A DNA stretch of 64,000 nt, taken from positions 161,820,001 through 161,884,000 of the forward strand of contig NC_042998.1 of assembly GCF_006345805.1 (NCBI RefSeq), given 5' to 3'. A model generated the notes under the pieces. The model had not been told where the DNA came from, searched no databases, and saw only the letters and a list, made by a program, of their open reading frames with translations. The number at the start of each line of letters is the position of its first letter. Within the stretch, counting starts at the first letter, position 1. This document shows positions 13,320 to 26,923 of the stretch, piece by piece. The stretch comes from Octopus sinensis (lineage: Eukaryota). The translations under genes were made by a program, and so were the position numbers.

Positions 13320-14126
13320 ATCTTCATCATAATGTAAGCATACTCTCGTTTTTGCAGCCTATTACTCTGAAGACTTCTCCCAACACATTTCTTTTTTATG
13401 AAAAAGATTAACGTGCCTATCATCTCAATGTGCTTTTAATCCAATATGTTTTTGTTTTCATACCTCTGACTCTGAAGTGTCATCTCAAATGCTGTAAACT
13501 GTACCCATTTTCTCTTCATATACTCTTTTACTTGTTTCAGTCATTTGACTGCAGCCATGCTGGAGCACCATCTTTAGTCGAGCAAATTGACCCCAGGAAT
13601 TATTCTTTGTAAGCCTAGTACTTATTCTATCGATCTCTTTTGCCGAACTGTTAAGTTACAGGGATGTAAACACATCAGCATCGGTTGTCAAGCGATGTTG
13701 GAGGGACAAACACAGATACACAAACACACACATATATATCTATATACATATACATATATACGATGAGTTTCTTTCAGTTTCCATCTACCAAATCCACTCA
13801 CAAGGCTTTAGTCAGCCCAAGGCTATAGTAGAAGACACTTGCCCAAGGTGCCATGCAGTGGGACTGAACCCGGAACCATGTGGTTGGTAAGCAAGCTACT
13901 TACAACACAGCCACTCCTTCTGGAATTGAACTCCTATTGCAGTGACTGTAAGGCTGGCTGTTAATGCTGTTTCAATGACTTTGCATCACATGAACTGATT
14001 TTTTGTTGTTATGCCTGGTATGCTTCACCCAGTAATAACACTGGGTGTTGTTAATGTTATCTTTCCAGTGAGTCTTACAATATTGCTCAAAAAACTGAAA
14101 TGAAAACTTTTATTTATTTATTTATC

Positions 14127-14163
<37 letters not shown>

Positions 14164-14455
14164 TCCATTTACTGCTTTCTCTATTTGTTTTACTTTGTTT
14201 TTAAGTATTGTTTTATTTTTGTTTTATTTATTTATTTTATTACCATTTTTTTTTGAGGTCCATATCTCACTTTCATTCCACAGGATGTTTGAGGATGAAG
14301 ACTTTAGTGAACAAAAGTGTTGTCTTGATAGTCAGTTTGGAATTATTCCAGGTCAGCTTAATAAGACTTTCAAGAGAGTGGTGGCTGCTTTCCCAATTTT
14401 AACAGTAGGATTCCGTCTCAATGACAGTTTGTAAGTCATTGTAGAAACTTGCTAA
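13320..14455 (-). mobile_element. Old RTE LINE fragment interrupted by SINE A and (CA)n
   Basis: Minus strand 14260-14400 reads KIGKAATTL/..LTWNNSKLTIKT...ESEIWT (compare the RTE motif RIGKAA..F..L..RVW...L...TK...LLYGSETW). Extent below 13920 is tentative. Confidence 0.65.
13521..13917 (-). mobile_element. SINE family A, near full length
   Basis: tRNA-like head ggagtggctgtgttgtaag...gggttcagtccc, CORE-like 'accttgggcaagtgtc', central microsatellite, 'aaacaagtaaaagagta' tail. Confidence 0.92.
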
Positions 14456-14793
14456 CAACAAAAAAAGATAGAAGTGAGATAGGAACAAGACAGACAATGA
14501 GATAGGCAAAGATACACAGTAAAGACATATAAATGATAATAATAATAATGTAAGCAAGTTGAAATTTATGTAAACAGATTAATATTGCCTTTCAAAGTTA
14601 ACTGCCATAGGAATTTTTATGGTATGGTGAAAACATTTTACACTACATGATAGCTTTATATTATATTCCAAGATATAATATATCTTTTCTCATCAAAATA
14701 TGGAAAGATATTTTCCTATCTTTTACATATGGGTTCACTGATACCTTGCTAGTGAAACAGACTTAGTCACTAGAAATTTTGTAGAAGTCACTC

Positions 14794-14826
<33 letters not shown>

Positions 14827-14960
14827 TGTATGTATGTATGTATGTATGTATGTATGTATGTATGCATGTATGTATGTATGTATGTATCTATGTATGTATG
14901 CTTGTATTTGTGTGTGTGTACATGTGTGTATATATATATGTGTGTATATGTATGTGTGAG

Positions 14961-14999
<39 letters not shown>

Positions 15000-16034
15000 G
15001 GTTTAAGAGACAAGCAACTCAGTCATCATTGAATGACATTATCCACAATAGGTACATATAGGACTAAATATTAAAATTATCAAAATTAATGCCTACAGTA
15101 CTTATTCCTAATTATCAAAATTAATAGCTGCAATTCTTATTTCAAATCATATACTTTATTATGCATGTTTCATGACAGCATATTCCTTGATATTGCTGAA
15201 ATAGAATGTCTCTAAATACAATACCATATTAAAACGATTATATTGCCAATCTTCAGGTCTAGCATATATGAACTTATTTTGCTATTTACATCCTTATATA
15301 AAGACATGACAAACTAACATTAAATAACTAGAAGTTGTTGGAATAATTTTACTTTAGTAAATAATGAACAGAAATGTGGAATAAAAGTAGGAAAAAGAAA
15401 TGTTTGTAAAAAGAAATGTTAACTTATCTGTATGGTAATTTTCTCTCCCTGAATTAAACATAGCTACCAGCAATCATATAATCCAGCATTGAGAGGTACT
15501 TTTTGGGGGGAGATAATTCTTATTAACATTTAAACGTTCTTAAAAGGTATTTATATTATTTATAATAATAAATCAGGAGAAGCCAGAAGTGAGTGTATGA
15601 TGGGAATAGTCTGTTTTTTTCTTGGTTAATTTATTTTATTTATATGTCAACTTTGATAAATAATAAATTTCTAGGTTGGTAAGTAAGTAAATTAAATTAC
15701 TCAACTTATAATTTTAAAATATTTAAAATATTTTGAAATAAGTAAGAGTCAGTCAAAATTAGTAAAAATCAATAAAAATCTATTTTTTTTATTATTTTGA
15801 TATTTATAATACAATTAATATATATTGATTATACTATTATTCTTAAAATTGACGTTATTTTTAAAATTGAGTTTCTAAGTTAAGATTAAAAATTTAGAAT
15901 ACCTTCTAATATTATACTATAAATTTTTATTAAGAAACTAAAATATCTGAAATTAAAAGTTAATTAAATATTATCTTACATTTATATATAAATAAGTAGA
16001 TATATTCTAGTAATACTAAATAATAAAATATGAT

Positions 16035-16644
16035 TGAAGACCCGGCAAGACTAGTCAGGCCATAACCCATGGCCCCTACCTGGGACGTAGTCAGTCCACC
16101 TGTGCATACCTTCCTTCTTGTGACACTTGTGAAGACCTGTTGAGGCAAGTGAAAATCAAATCAAAACAAATCAAAATAGATGAACATCAATGGAATTTGT
16201 ATCTTTGTGGTACCAGTGCCGGTGGCACGTGGCACACAAAAAAACCATCCGAATGTGGCCGTAGCCAGTACCGCATCGACTGGCCTCCGTGCTGTGGGCA
16301 CGTAACAAGCACCATCCGATCGTGGCCGTTTGCCAGCCTCATCTGGCACCTGTGTCGGTGGCACATAAAAACACCATCCGAGCGTGGCCGTCTGCCAGCC
16401 TCGTCTGGCACCTGTGTCGGTGGCACATAAAAACACCATCCGAGCGTGGCCGTTTGCCAGCCTCGTCTGGCACCTGTGTCGGTGGCACATAAAATCACCC
16501 ACTACACTCTCGGAGTGGTTGGCGTTAGGAAGGGCATCCAGCTGTAGAAACACTGCCAGATCTGACTGGACTGGTGCAACTTTCGGGCTCCCCAGACCCC
16601 AGTTGAACCGTCCAACCCATGCTAGCATGGAAAGCGGACGTTAA

Positions 16645-16675
<31 letters not shown>
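16035..16675 (+). mobile_element. Young 5'-truncated RTE LINE 3' UTR with internal ~61-bp tandem repeats and (GAT)n tail
   Basis: CpG-rich; homologous to the 3' UTR of 41075-42138; unit 'ccatccgagcgtggccgtctgccagcctcgtctggcacctgtgtcggtggcacataaaaaca' x3 at ~16311-16495. Confidence 0.9.
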
Positions 16676-16677
<2 letters not shown>

Positions 16678-16779
16678 ATTATATCTAAGTATTATGATTA
16701 AATTTTATTTGATTTAAAATTAGGGTTTCATTTATTTTCTAAAGAATCAAATGTTATCTCATCTTATTAAATAGGCAAA

Positions 16780-17100
16780 TCAGTTTATGTTTACATTTAA
16801 TTTTTCGTTCATCTTGGTGTTGCTTAGTCTTATTTTAGCTTTTAATATTGTCATAAATTCGTGTGTACACAGAAGACAGAATTCATTACCTATTCTATAT
16901 GATTTCGTTTTACATATTATGTCCCATTTTAATTTATACTTTATATCTTTAGTTTTTAATTCCCATATATATTCACTTAAGCCTGTCGAGTTCATCAATT
17001 TTTTGTTCTTAAAAGAGTACAAATGCTGAACCACCCTTTGTTTAATTTTATTAGATGTTGATCAAATGTAAATCACATTTTGATTTTCGCTAATATTATT
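16780..17100 (-). pseudogene. PLE GIY-YIG endonuclease C-terminal fragment
   Basis: VIYI*STSNKIKQRVVQHLYSF...STGLSEYIWELK...KWDII...CLLCTHE; the YIG motif is broken by a stop, while the conserved R..QH, T.LS.YIW.LK and C.LC..E motifs remain. Confidence 0.85.
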
Positions 17101-17290
17101 ATTATCATCACCATCATCACCATTATCACTACCACATTTCTTTTTACTAACATTTCTTTTTCCTACTTTTATTCCACATTTCTGTTCATTATTTATTAAA
17201 GTAAAATTATTCCAACAACTTCTAGTTATATAATTTTAGTTTGTCATGTCTTTATATAGGATGTAAATAGCAAAATAAGTTCATATATGC

Positions 17291-17394
17291 TAGACCTGAA
17301 GATTGGCAATATAATCGTTTTAATATGGTATTGTATTTAGAGACATTCTATTTCAGCAATATTGAGGAATATATTGTCTTGAGATGCGTGTAGT
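17291..17394 (+). ncRNA. Degenerate hammerhead-like motif in the PLE pseudo-LTR (mirror copy ~15156-15261 on minus)
   Basis: agac-CTGAAGA-t-tggcaatat...atattgtc-tt-GAGAT-gcgt-GTA; the mirror arm keeps GAAAC. Confidence 0.45.
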
Positions 17395-17978
17395 AAAGTA
17401 TATGATTTGAAATAAGAATTGAAGCTATTAATTTTGATAATTTGGAATAAGAATTGTAGGTATTAATTTTGATAATTTTAGTATTTAGTCCTATATGTAC
17501 CTATTGTGGATAATGTCATTCAATGATGATTAAGTTGCTTGAGGGTGATTCTGTCTCTTAAACCTATCTCTATATATGTATATAATACAATGAGTAATTC
17601 ATTTTAGTACCACTAAATTAAACTTCTCTCCCCTGTGGACTCGGAAATAACTTCCCTAAGATTAATATATATAGCTTCATGCATGACTATGTGGTTGAGA
17701 AATTCCTTTTGCAGCCATAATTAGTCCTGCATGGCACCTGGGCAAATAGTTGCTGTTATAGCCACCTCAAGCTGACCAAAACCACTTTGGGAAACTCAGT
17801 AAAGCCTAGCATACATGTGTGTGTGTAATGTATATGCATGTGTGTCTACATGCATGTGTATGTTGGTGAGTGTGTGTATTTGTGTAACATTACTTCAATA
17901 ATATAGTCATCTAACTCATGCTAACATGGGAAATCAGATTAAAAACAAATGAAATGTATGTATGGATATGTTTGTCCT

Positions 17979-18057
<79 letters not shown>

Positions 18058-18341
18058 TTATATATATATATATATATATGTGTGTGTTTATATATATATA
18101 TATATATATATATACAATCAAAGCATTCCTGTCACAATCTGAACTTGATGAATGCTTAAATGCAAGAAAGTATACTAATGAGAATAGACATTTAATATTT
18201 AATTTTCAATATTTCATTTGTTCAATAAGACAATCAATACATCATTTCATTTCTTTCTTACTATATATTCTATATTCTATATCAATATTATAAGAATATA
18301 AATAAAACATAAAAAACAGACAGAGTTGGAATTCCTTTGAG

Positions 18342-18389
<48 letters not shown>

Positions 18390-20524
18390 CTATGTATATA
18401 TGTTTCACTATATTCAATTTGTATTTTGGACTATTCATTTTCTAAGATACATTATCTTAACTACTGAAAAATAAGAAATAATCTCTTTGTAGTTGATAGT
18501 GCTTAGAAATAGTGATGACAATTACCAATTCTACATTGTTGAAAATTAACATTGAAGAGATTTAGACAAAAGTCATATAACAGTAAGATTGAACATCAGA
18601 TTGAGAGATCTGATTTCAAAGCAAATTAATGAAGTTATATATGAACAGATATTAGTAGAGAAAGATTAGCAACTGGAATAGCTAAAAAGGACAAGAAAAA
18701 AGCAAAAACATTAATCTAAAAAGTTAGTTCTAGTATCAAGAAAAATTTAAAGCTTTGGACTCTAAATTATATTTATTACAAGAATTTGAAATGTTACTAT
18801 TTTTACAAAAACTACATGTTTTTATCCATGTATGATATGTGTTTCAAATTGCATTTTTGAGTTAAGAAGAATTTTTTACCATTCCTCCCCTCAAAATTAA
18901 TGTATAATATACCAACCTTTGTATCAACAAAGATCACTTTCTGCATGTCTTTTCTTTGTTCTGTTGAACAAAGAAAATAATTGAACAACTTTAAACTACT
19001 CATTGTCTTATGTTGCTTTTTACTGGAGATGTTTCATGGCTTATTAACACTAGTATAATTATGTTTCACTATTGCTACCCATTAACCTTGAGGGAGGCTT
19101 TTCTTCTTAACAAAAACTTATTAACCCTATTATACCTTCAAAATCATGATAATCTTTTCTTATTTTACATATTTAACATACTTTGATATGACTATAAGAA
19201 AAAATAAGCATTGATAAAACAATAGCAGTAGCTATTTAGTCCATAGAACACAAATAATAAATAGTAAGAAAAGATGTTTTCTTTGAATGCATTTTGAATG
19301 AGGTTTAAGCTTCATGTTTCAGCAAGTTATTGTTATCAAATTGGTATAAAGTGCTATGCAATTGTCTGATAAAAAATGCTATTTGATTGTCTTCATTAAA
19401 AATTATTGTAACCGTGTAAAAGATTGTGTGAATGTCATGCCATGGAGTAAGTAAGATTTGTGAGAATGTTATGGCATTTTATTTAACTAATTGAACGCTG
19501 AACAGTTTACAATCTTTTCCTGTGATTAACTAGGGAATTTACAAAAGCTTTGTTATAATCGAAAGCACACTGGAATATCTATATTGTGATAATAAAAATA
19601 TTTTTTCTAAGTTTTTCTTTTCTTTCTCATTTTAAAGCTGTAAAAAGGCAAATTCTGAATTTTGATTTACAATTTTTCTTCAATAAACATTGCAGGCATT
19701 ATTAACAAATCATTTGGTAAAATACTTAGCACTCTCTCTTCGGGGAGACGAACGATGATGCAGTTGTTGTTTAAACTTGAAAACTTGTTTAATTCTCAAT
19801 CATAAAAATCATAAAAACATAGATAAAACTAATTCAAAAATTACATAAAAATATTTTAAATAGCAGTAATGTGATAGGCACATCTCTTTATTGACATCTG
19901 TATCCTATATACCCAAATAATAATGACATCAATATCCTTTATTATGTTAAGGCCATATACTGTTAAACAAGAATAATGTTGTATGCATTGTTGTTGAATC
20001 AAAATAACAGTCACAGAATTTCCTATCTTCATATCATGCTGTAATCATGTGTTACATAAAAGAGCTGAATTGATTTTATAGCGATATATTTTTCTCATTT
20101 CCATGTACTTTTTATGTTGTTTTTATATTGTTTAATTTACTTTTTTCTTTGGAGCTTACAAAAAAGACTGCATGATGAAATAATCTTGATTGAGTTTTTG
20201 ATACATATTAGTTTTCTCTTTTCCTTTTGGTTTATTCCATCATGGCTCATCCTCACAATTAACAACTTGCATTCAGGCTCTCCTGTTTACAAGAGGTCAA
20301 TGCTAATATAAAAAAGATTCTTGTCTGTGAGTTCATTTTGTCACAGAATCTTATTGCCTTAAAACATATGTTAAAGTAATGAATCAACAGTGTTCATGTA
20401 TTGCTACAAAAGACTATTGGTAATTGGTATTGTTATCTTTGACTAAGTGAGTAACAACTGATCTGAGTCTACAAACACTGTAAGATTGAACGAATCACTG
20501 TCAGGAATTTCATGAAAGGCTTAC

Positions 20525-20588
20525 AAACATGGTCGAATGTTCCGTGGCTGTTTCATCGTATACAGTGAGATCTTTACTTTCCGTTGCA
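20525..20588 (-). CDS. Candidate 64-nt exon (ATESKDLTVYDETATEHSTMF or an alternate frame)
   Basis: AG acceptor after a T-run, gtaagc donor, 4 CpGs in a CpG-poor unique region, more than one open frame. Confidence 0.3.
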
Positions 20589-20865
20589 CTTATATAGTAT
20601 TTAAAAAAAAATCAGTATTAGCTAAATACTTGCAGTCTTGATCAATTGAATAATTTGGAAATTGTATAAATAGAATATCTCTGTTAGTATTTTATTGACT
20701 CCAAGTAGTAAGCTATTGTCATGCAGGGGCAACTCATATTAGAAGATGAAAAAAAAATTTGTTGAAGAGCAAAGCCACTTAGCATTCAAGTAACTTAGGT
20801 CATCTGTTTAAATGTTCCACTTGGAAATTTTCTGTTTATTATTTATCAAAATGTTTGTTGCATTT

Positions 20866-21238
20866 ATCTTTTAACCTTTACTTGTTTCAGCGATTAGAGT
20901 GTGGCCATACTGGGGCACCACCTCGAAGCATCACAGTTGAATAAATCGACCCCAGTATTTATTTTTCGTTAATTTAAGCCTAGTAATTATTCAATCAGTC
21001 TTTGACTAAACTGGTAAGTTATGGGGATGTAAACAAACCAACATCGGCTGACAAGTGGTGGTAGAGGACAGACACATATATACAATGAACTTCTTTCAGT
21101 TTCCATCAATTAAAGTGTCTTCTATTATAGCCCGAGGCTATAGTAGAAGATACTTGCTCAAGGTATTATGCAGTAAGAATGAACCCAGAACTATGTGGTT
21201 GGGAAGCAAACTTCTTACCACATAGCCATGCTTGTGCC
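20866..21238 (-). mobile_element. SINE family A, degenerate
   Basis: Colinear with 13521-13917. Confidence 0.85.
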
Positions 21239-21850
21239 TATATTACACATTACTAAATATAGTTAGTCCCTTGTCTCTTTAACAATTTCTCTAACACAGC
21301 TATTTTTCTGTTGCAACTGGAATTGGTGCAGTTAGATTGCAAAGATATTTAAAGACTGGATAGTATTACAGTCTTCTTGTTTTGAGGTGACAAAAATTTC
21401 ATATGGAATACAAATGCATTGATATTTTCTCTCGTAGCAAGTTAGTAAAACTGGCACCAGATCCAACCAATTTTTTTCATGTGACAAATGAAGGATTGCA
21501 AGCTAATGATATACCAGCTGCTCTCAAATAGGATTATTTTCAAATCAATAGTGATAAACTTTCCCAGCAGCCTGGATTCTTGAATCTCATCTCCTCTTGG
21601 TTTGATTGGAATAGAGATTGCTATTTGCTGGGATGAACCTATAAGGTGGAATGGCACTTTTGATACATCTCTATAGTTATTCTTCAGGGCAGCATATTAG
21701 CCATATAGTCAGCTGGAACTATGAAACATTTGTGTGACTCATTGTAACATAATTCTCTATAAAGATATCATCTGGACCAATCTTTGGTCGAAACATATCA
21801 AAGTTTATCTAAGTTTATATATATATATATATATAAATATATATAAATAA

Positions 21851-22062
21851 ATATAAATTAGAGATAAAACCACTATTATGCAATTCAAACAATGATAGAC
21901 ATTTGTTATTTATGTTTTGGCTTATGTCTATTATTGTTTGAATTGCATAATAGTGGTTCTATCTCTAATTTATATTTTATATATTTATATTGTGAAATTT
22001 GATTTAATACTAAATTGAATTTTTCCCTGTAAGTTTGAAGTTATATTTCCTAATATTATATA
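21851..22062. mobile_element. Hairpin (52-bp arms, 21851-21975) plus PLE-like 3' extension in (TA)n
   Basis: Arms differ at 2 of 52 positions; the extension '..ttttccctgtaag...ttcctaatatt' resembles 17620-17665. Confidence 0.7.
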
Positions 22063-22457
22063 TATATATGTATATTGCATTTGTCTATCTATATTAACTG
22101 TAGCTAGCCATCTCAGTTAATTTTTGTTGATGTTTAAACAATGATATATTATTGTCTTATTACTATTTCTCTTGCTATTCTGCTACTATTAAATTATATT
22201 TTCAACCATTTCATTGACTCTTAGGTCTTATTAAGGTAAGTAATGTTGACTCCATATGTTGACTCCTGTTTACATAAGTAGTCAACTTATTGAACAACTG
22301 CTGCTAAATTTGGAACTGCAATATATTATTAATTTTTATTTGTGACTTCCATGCTAGCATGAATCTATTGATTAAATTATCTCTCTGTAATTTGCTATGG
22401 CTTTTGTTACATTTTTAATTATTCCAAGAAATCTGATTTCATGTCTTTCTGGCTTAC

Positions 22458-22520
22458 CACTATCTAGAATGTTAGCTACAAGATCATCCCATTTTGTTTC
22501 ACCCCCTCCTACCATCACTT
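22458..22520 (-). CDS. Candidate 63-nt phase 1-1 exon (VMVGGGETKWDDLVANILDS)
   Basis: cag| acceptor with a weak pyrimidine tract, G|gtaagc donor, open frame. Confidence 0.25.
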
Positions 22521-24303
22521 CTGATCACATATTTATATTATCTTCAGCTTATATTGCATATATTATCCTCAAGTAACCACTAATGTTTAATTACTATTTT
22601 ACTTGTAATTATTTCTTTCAATTTTCTCGTAATAAACAGTAAATTATTGAGGGTTAAGTGATAGATAGAAATTTGATTCTAAAAATAGCTAGAATTATTT
22701 AACGCCTCCAATTTGAAGAACAAAGATCCCTTTGCTTTGTAAACACAGGTTAATGTTATATACTATAAATTCCATTGTTTCCAAATACAAAAGATGTCTA
22801 TATGTTGTTGTCTATCAGGGAAATTATTAACTTTAATGATACACAGTTACACAATGTGAGGTATTCATTTTAGCGTTGGTTAACCTGAACTCTGCAGTCA
22901 TGTTTGTGAAAGGAAGTGTTAAATTGATAACAGAAGTAATTTTGAAAAATATCAGCTAAATAATGCTTTGTAATTTTTAGCATCAAGAATTCACTTCTAA
23001 ATTCTAATGGAATTGCGATGCTGTTTATTGCAAAATAAGTTGTAAATCAACTGTTTCTCAGGATAAATTGTATAGATGTTCATTAATATAATATATTCAA
23101 TGAACTATATAGCTGTTCAGTTTTAAACTGGACAGCTGTATAATTTAATACAATCATATATTCAGAATTAAAAAAAAAAATTGTGGTAGGGTTTTTGTAA
23201 ATAGATAGATTTCAATAGGATTCAATATGGAAAAAATTAATTTTTTTTTTAAGAAATAAAGTTTCAAACTTTAAAGAAAGCAAGAACATGAAAGTAAATA
23301 TAATTTAAATATCTCAGTGAGGTATACTTTTTGTAGGCATAACCCATGTGCAAATACATTTTATGTAATTTAATGAATTTAACACGTCATATTTTAACAC
23401 TTATAGACCAAAACCTGCTCAATATTCTTGCATTAACTTTTTGCCATTTTTTTTGCATTCCAATCAACTGATTAGTGGTTAAATAATGTATGTAAACTAG
23501 GCCTACGTAGCATGCACAGAATTCACATTGTATACTACAGTTACTGTGTTCACAGTACAATTAGGATGAACTCGTCTAAACAGCATCCTCAAATCATAAC
23601 TTTTAAGCATTTAGAAGTCTGACAATGTATATCATTCAATCATATATACTCACACATCGATATACATAATTACACACACACACACACACACTGCTATTTA
23701 TACTTGATGTTGTCATAAGTATACAAACTTCCAGTTCCTTTACTTTTGCAATCTTTTTTTGTTTATTTGGCTAAAATCCTTGGGAATATGGCTGACATTT
23801 CACTTCATGAGTTGAATATAAATGTCAACATTGTGCCTGGGTACTTTTCTTCCAGATAATTCTTCAGAGCTGGCTAGCAGACAATACAGACAATACAAAT
23901 GTTCCCATGGTTACAAATCATTCCAGAGTACTCTGTACATAAGGGAATGATCATACCAAGTCACTCTGGAACAGTCTTCACAATGAAAGAGTAAAAGGTA
24001 GAAAACACATAGTTTTAGAATAAGGACAGATAATTATCTCAAATCATAATAGTTAGAAGAGAAAAAGCTAAAAGTGTTGACTGCAGAAAAAGAAAATATT
24101 TAAAATTTTTAAAATACAAAGATACCTGAATAATTTTCGTAAAATTTGGAAATATTGTAATGTTGTTTTTATTAAAGTGGCATTTCATCCATCTTTACTT
24201 TCTGAGTTCAAATTCTGCTGGGGTTGACTTTGCTTCTGCTTATTTTTATTTAAACTTTGTGAGAAAATATGGGTGTAAGAGGAATTAGATATAATATAGG
24301 AAA

Positions 24304-24371
<68 letters not shown>

Positions 24372-24380
<9 letters not shown>

Positions 24381-24545
24381 GACTGTGCTGGTATGGGCAT
24401 GTGATGCATTTGGTATTCCTTCCATTTGGATTCCTACATAACCCAAGTGGAAAGAACTTGCCAAAGAGGAAGATATGGTGGTGGTGGCACTTGATATCAG
24501 GACATGGATCCTCATGAAGCAAATGACAAAGGACTGCAACAAGTA
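24372..24545 (+). mobile_element. RTE ORF2 C-terminal fragment after (GA)n
   Basis: RRLCWYGHVM matches RRLRWYGHVARM in 41674-42138. Confidence 0.7.
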
Positions 24546-25261
24546 GCAAGGCGTGTTACCAACAAATAATTTTTGTATGAATTTTGTAAATAGATTTCTA
24601 CTAGATTCAGATATGGAAATAATTTAATAGTTTTAAGAAATAAAATCATCCACATAAACACAAAACAAAAACATGCAAGTGAATATTATATAAAAATAAA
24701 AAAGATATAATTTTAGAAAAAGGACAAATAATTAACTATTGAGATTATTTCCTCTTCTTGCAGAAGTGAAAGAATGAGGAATTCTTTCTATTTGGATTGC
24801 TAAGCAATCCAGATGGAAGGAATTTGGATTCCTCGCATATCAATATCAGCACAGACTTCTCTCTCTAGCATATTACATGTTATTCTGTTTATACCTATTT
24901 TTTTTATTTGATAAAAAAAATATTACATTATTGGTAATAAATATGTCCACCTCTGTTGATAATTAAAATTAAGAAATAAATAAAAATTTGATAGCAGCTA
25001 AACTTTATCAAGCAGCCACAACTAAAAGGCATTCCACCATGCCATACTGGGAATCTCTGTCCCCAATTAAATTTGTAGGATCTTAATTTCATGTTGTGTG
25101 TCTCTGCCAATTGCATAAATGTAGTTGAGTGGTCTTAGTTCTCTATTAGAATGTGAATGTCTCCAAAATATAGCTTCCAATATAGCCAGGCATTCAGCAC
25201 AATAGTAGCAGTCAGCAAAGCCTACTTTGTTTTGAACAAGTTAAAAAAAGAGTAAGGACTA

Positions 25262-25476
25262 CTTTTGGTCATGAAAGACCATGGGATTGCACATAGAAAG
25301 TTCTCTTCCAAGGTACAATCCAGGCAAAGTTGTTTAGGGAAGACCAGCAGTTGTCCATGCATACCAGCCTTCCCTCTCCATGCCACTGATGTTATCCAAG
25401 GGACAGATAAAGGCTGATACAGCAAGGCACCAGTGACATCGCAACTCATTTCTACAGCTGAGTGAACTGGAACAGC
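25262..25476 (-). mobile_element. SINE family C 3' half
   Basis: Colinear with 30879-31100 and 63325-63505. Confidence 0.85.
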
Positions 25477-25627
25477 TTTACTATTTGTGTTGAGCAACAA
25501 AAGTAGAAATGAGTGGAATGGGTCCCTAAATCTCATTTTAGATCTTTTCTTCATACCATAATATACTTTTAGCAAAACTTTTTCATATCCTAACTATTTG
25601 GGAAGAGAAGGCTGATATTGAACAATA

Positions 25628-26923
25628 CGTGGTGGTATCAAAAAGTCCCTGGACTAGTTCGGTAGCACACCAACAGATGACAGCACTCGATTGCATGCTC
25701 TGTAAGAGCTATTAGTGACTTTCATGAGGCAGTGGCCAGAGTGACATTGCTGTGTTTACTTCACAAGTTTTTAAATTTGTGTTTTTGTGATCACATGTAT
25801 GCTGTGGTCTGCAATTTTTGCCTTGGACAGGAAGTTGGAACAAAGATCCATCATGAAATTTTGCATTAAACTTTGGAAGTCTGCTACAGAGACATTAAGC
25901 ATGCTTTGGTAAACTTACAGTGAGGAGGCAATGGGCCGTACACATGCTTCAAGAGTGGAAGAATGTCCCTGGAAGACAATGAGTGATCTTGAAGATCTTC
26001 CTTAAACGTCACCCCTGGAAATGTTAAAGAAATTCCTCAGCTTGTTCATGAGAATCATCGGAGGATAATCAAAGACATTGCTGATGTTGTTGGTCTGTCG
26101 TATGGGTCAGTGCAGATAATCTTAGCATCAGAATTGAACATGCAGTGTATCTCTGTTAAGTTTGTTCCCTGCTTGCTGACCACTGAGCAGAAAGAACATC
26201 ATGTCAAAGTCTGTCAAGATCTCCGTCAGCATGCTGCTGATCCATCCTTCATGTCAAGGATCATCACCGGTGATGACAGTTGCGTCCACTGGTATAACTC
26301 TGAGACAAAGTAGCAATCATCACAATGGAAGAGCCCTTCATCTCCATGGCTGAAGAAAGCACAACAGAGCCACAGCTCAATGAAGAGCATGCTCATCATC
26401 TTTTTTGACATCCACAGTGTTGTGCATCAAGAATTCATTCCACAGGGTCAGGACTGTCAATCAAGATTTCTACTGCAACATTTTGAAGCATTTGAGGGTG
26501 GACATTCTGCAAAAGTGACCAGATCTGTGCAACTTGAAAATTGGATTCTTCATGATGCTGCACCCTCTCACTCAGCTCTCTTCACTCATGAGTTTCTCAC
26601 CAAAAACAGCATGGTATTGCGTCTGCACCCACCCTATTTGCAAGATTTAGCACTTGTGGACTTTCACCTCTTCCCATAGATGAAAATGCAGCTCAAAGGT
26701 TGCTATTTTAATACTGCTGTCAAGATCCAGAGCAAACTGCAGAAGGTCCTTGACTTGCTTACAGGAAACGACTTCCAAATCTGATTCCAAAGTGGCAGGA
26801 ATACCGGAACCAGTGTATTGCTGTACAAGGTGACTTATTTGAAGGAGATGATGTTAAAACTTAAGTAAATAGTTTATTTTTTATTAAATATAATTAGCCT
26901 GAGAACCTTTTGATACCATCTTG
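25628..26923 (+). mobile_element. Full-length decayed mariner (Tc1/mariner) DNA transposon
   Basis: Imperfect ~30-bp TIRs (..tggtatcaaaaagt.. / ..accttttgatacca..), TA flanks; transposase remnants KFVPCLLT, IITGDD, WILHDAAPSH, HPPYLQDLALVDFHLFP (compare WVPHEL, TGDE, HDNA, YSPDLAP.D); stops and frameshifts. Confidence 0.95.

Larger units (their letters stand above)
14998..17670 (-). mobile_element. Penelope-like retroelement remnant with inverted pseudo-LTRs and GIY-YIG fragment
   Basis: ~14998-15419 is the reverse complement of ~17134-17566; GIY-YIG C-terminus on the minus strand between them; (TA)-rich flanks. Confidence 0.8.

Noticed and set aside
16140-16644. Overlapping GC-rich ORFs on both strands (also 41128-41544)
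   Set aside because: They lie in the tandemly repeated RTE 3' UTR and show no protein motif.
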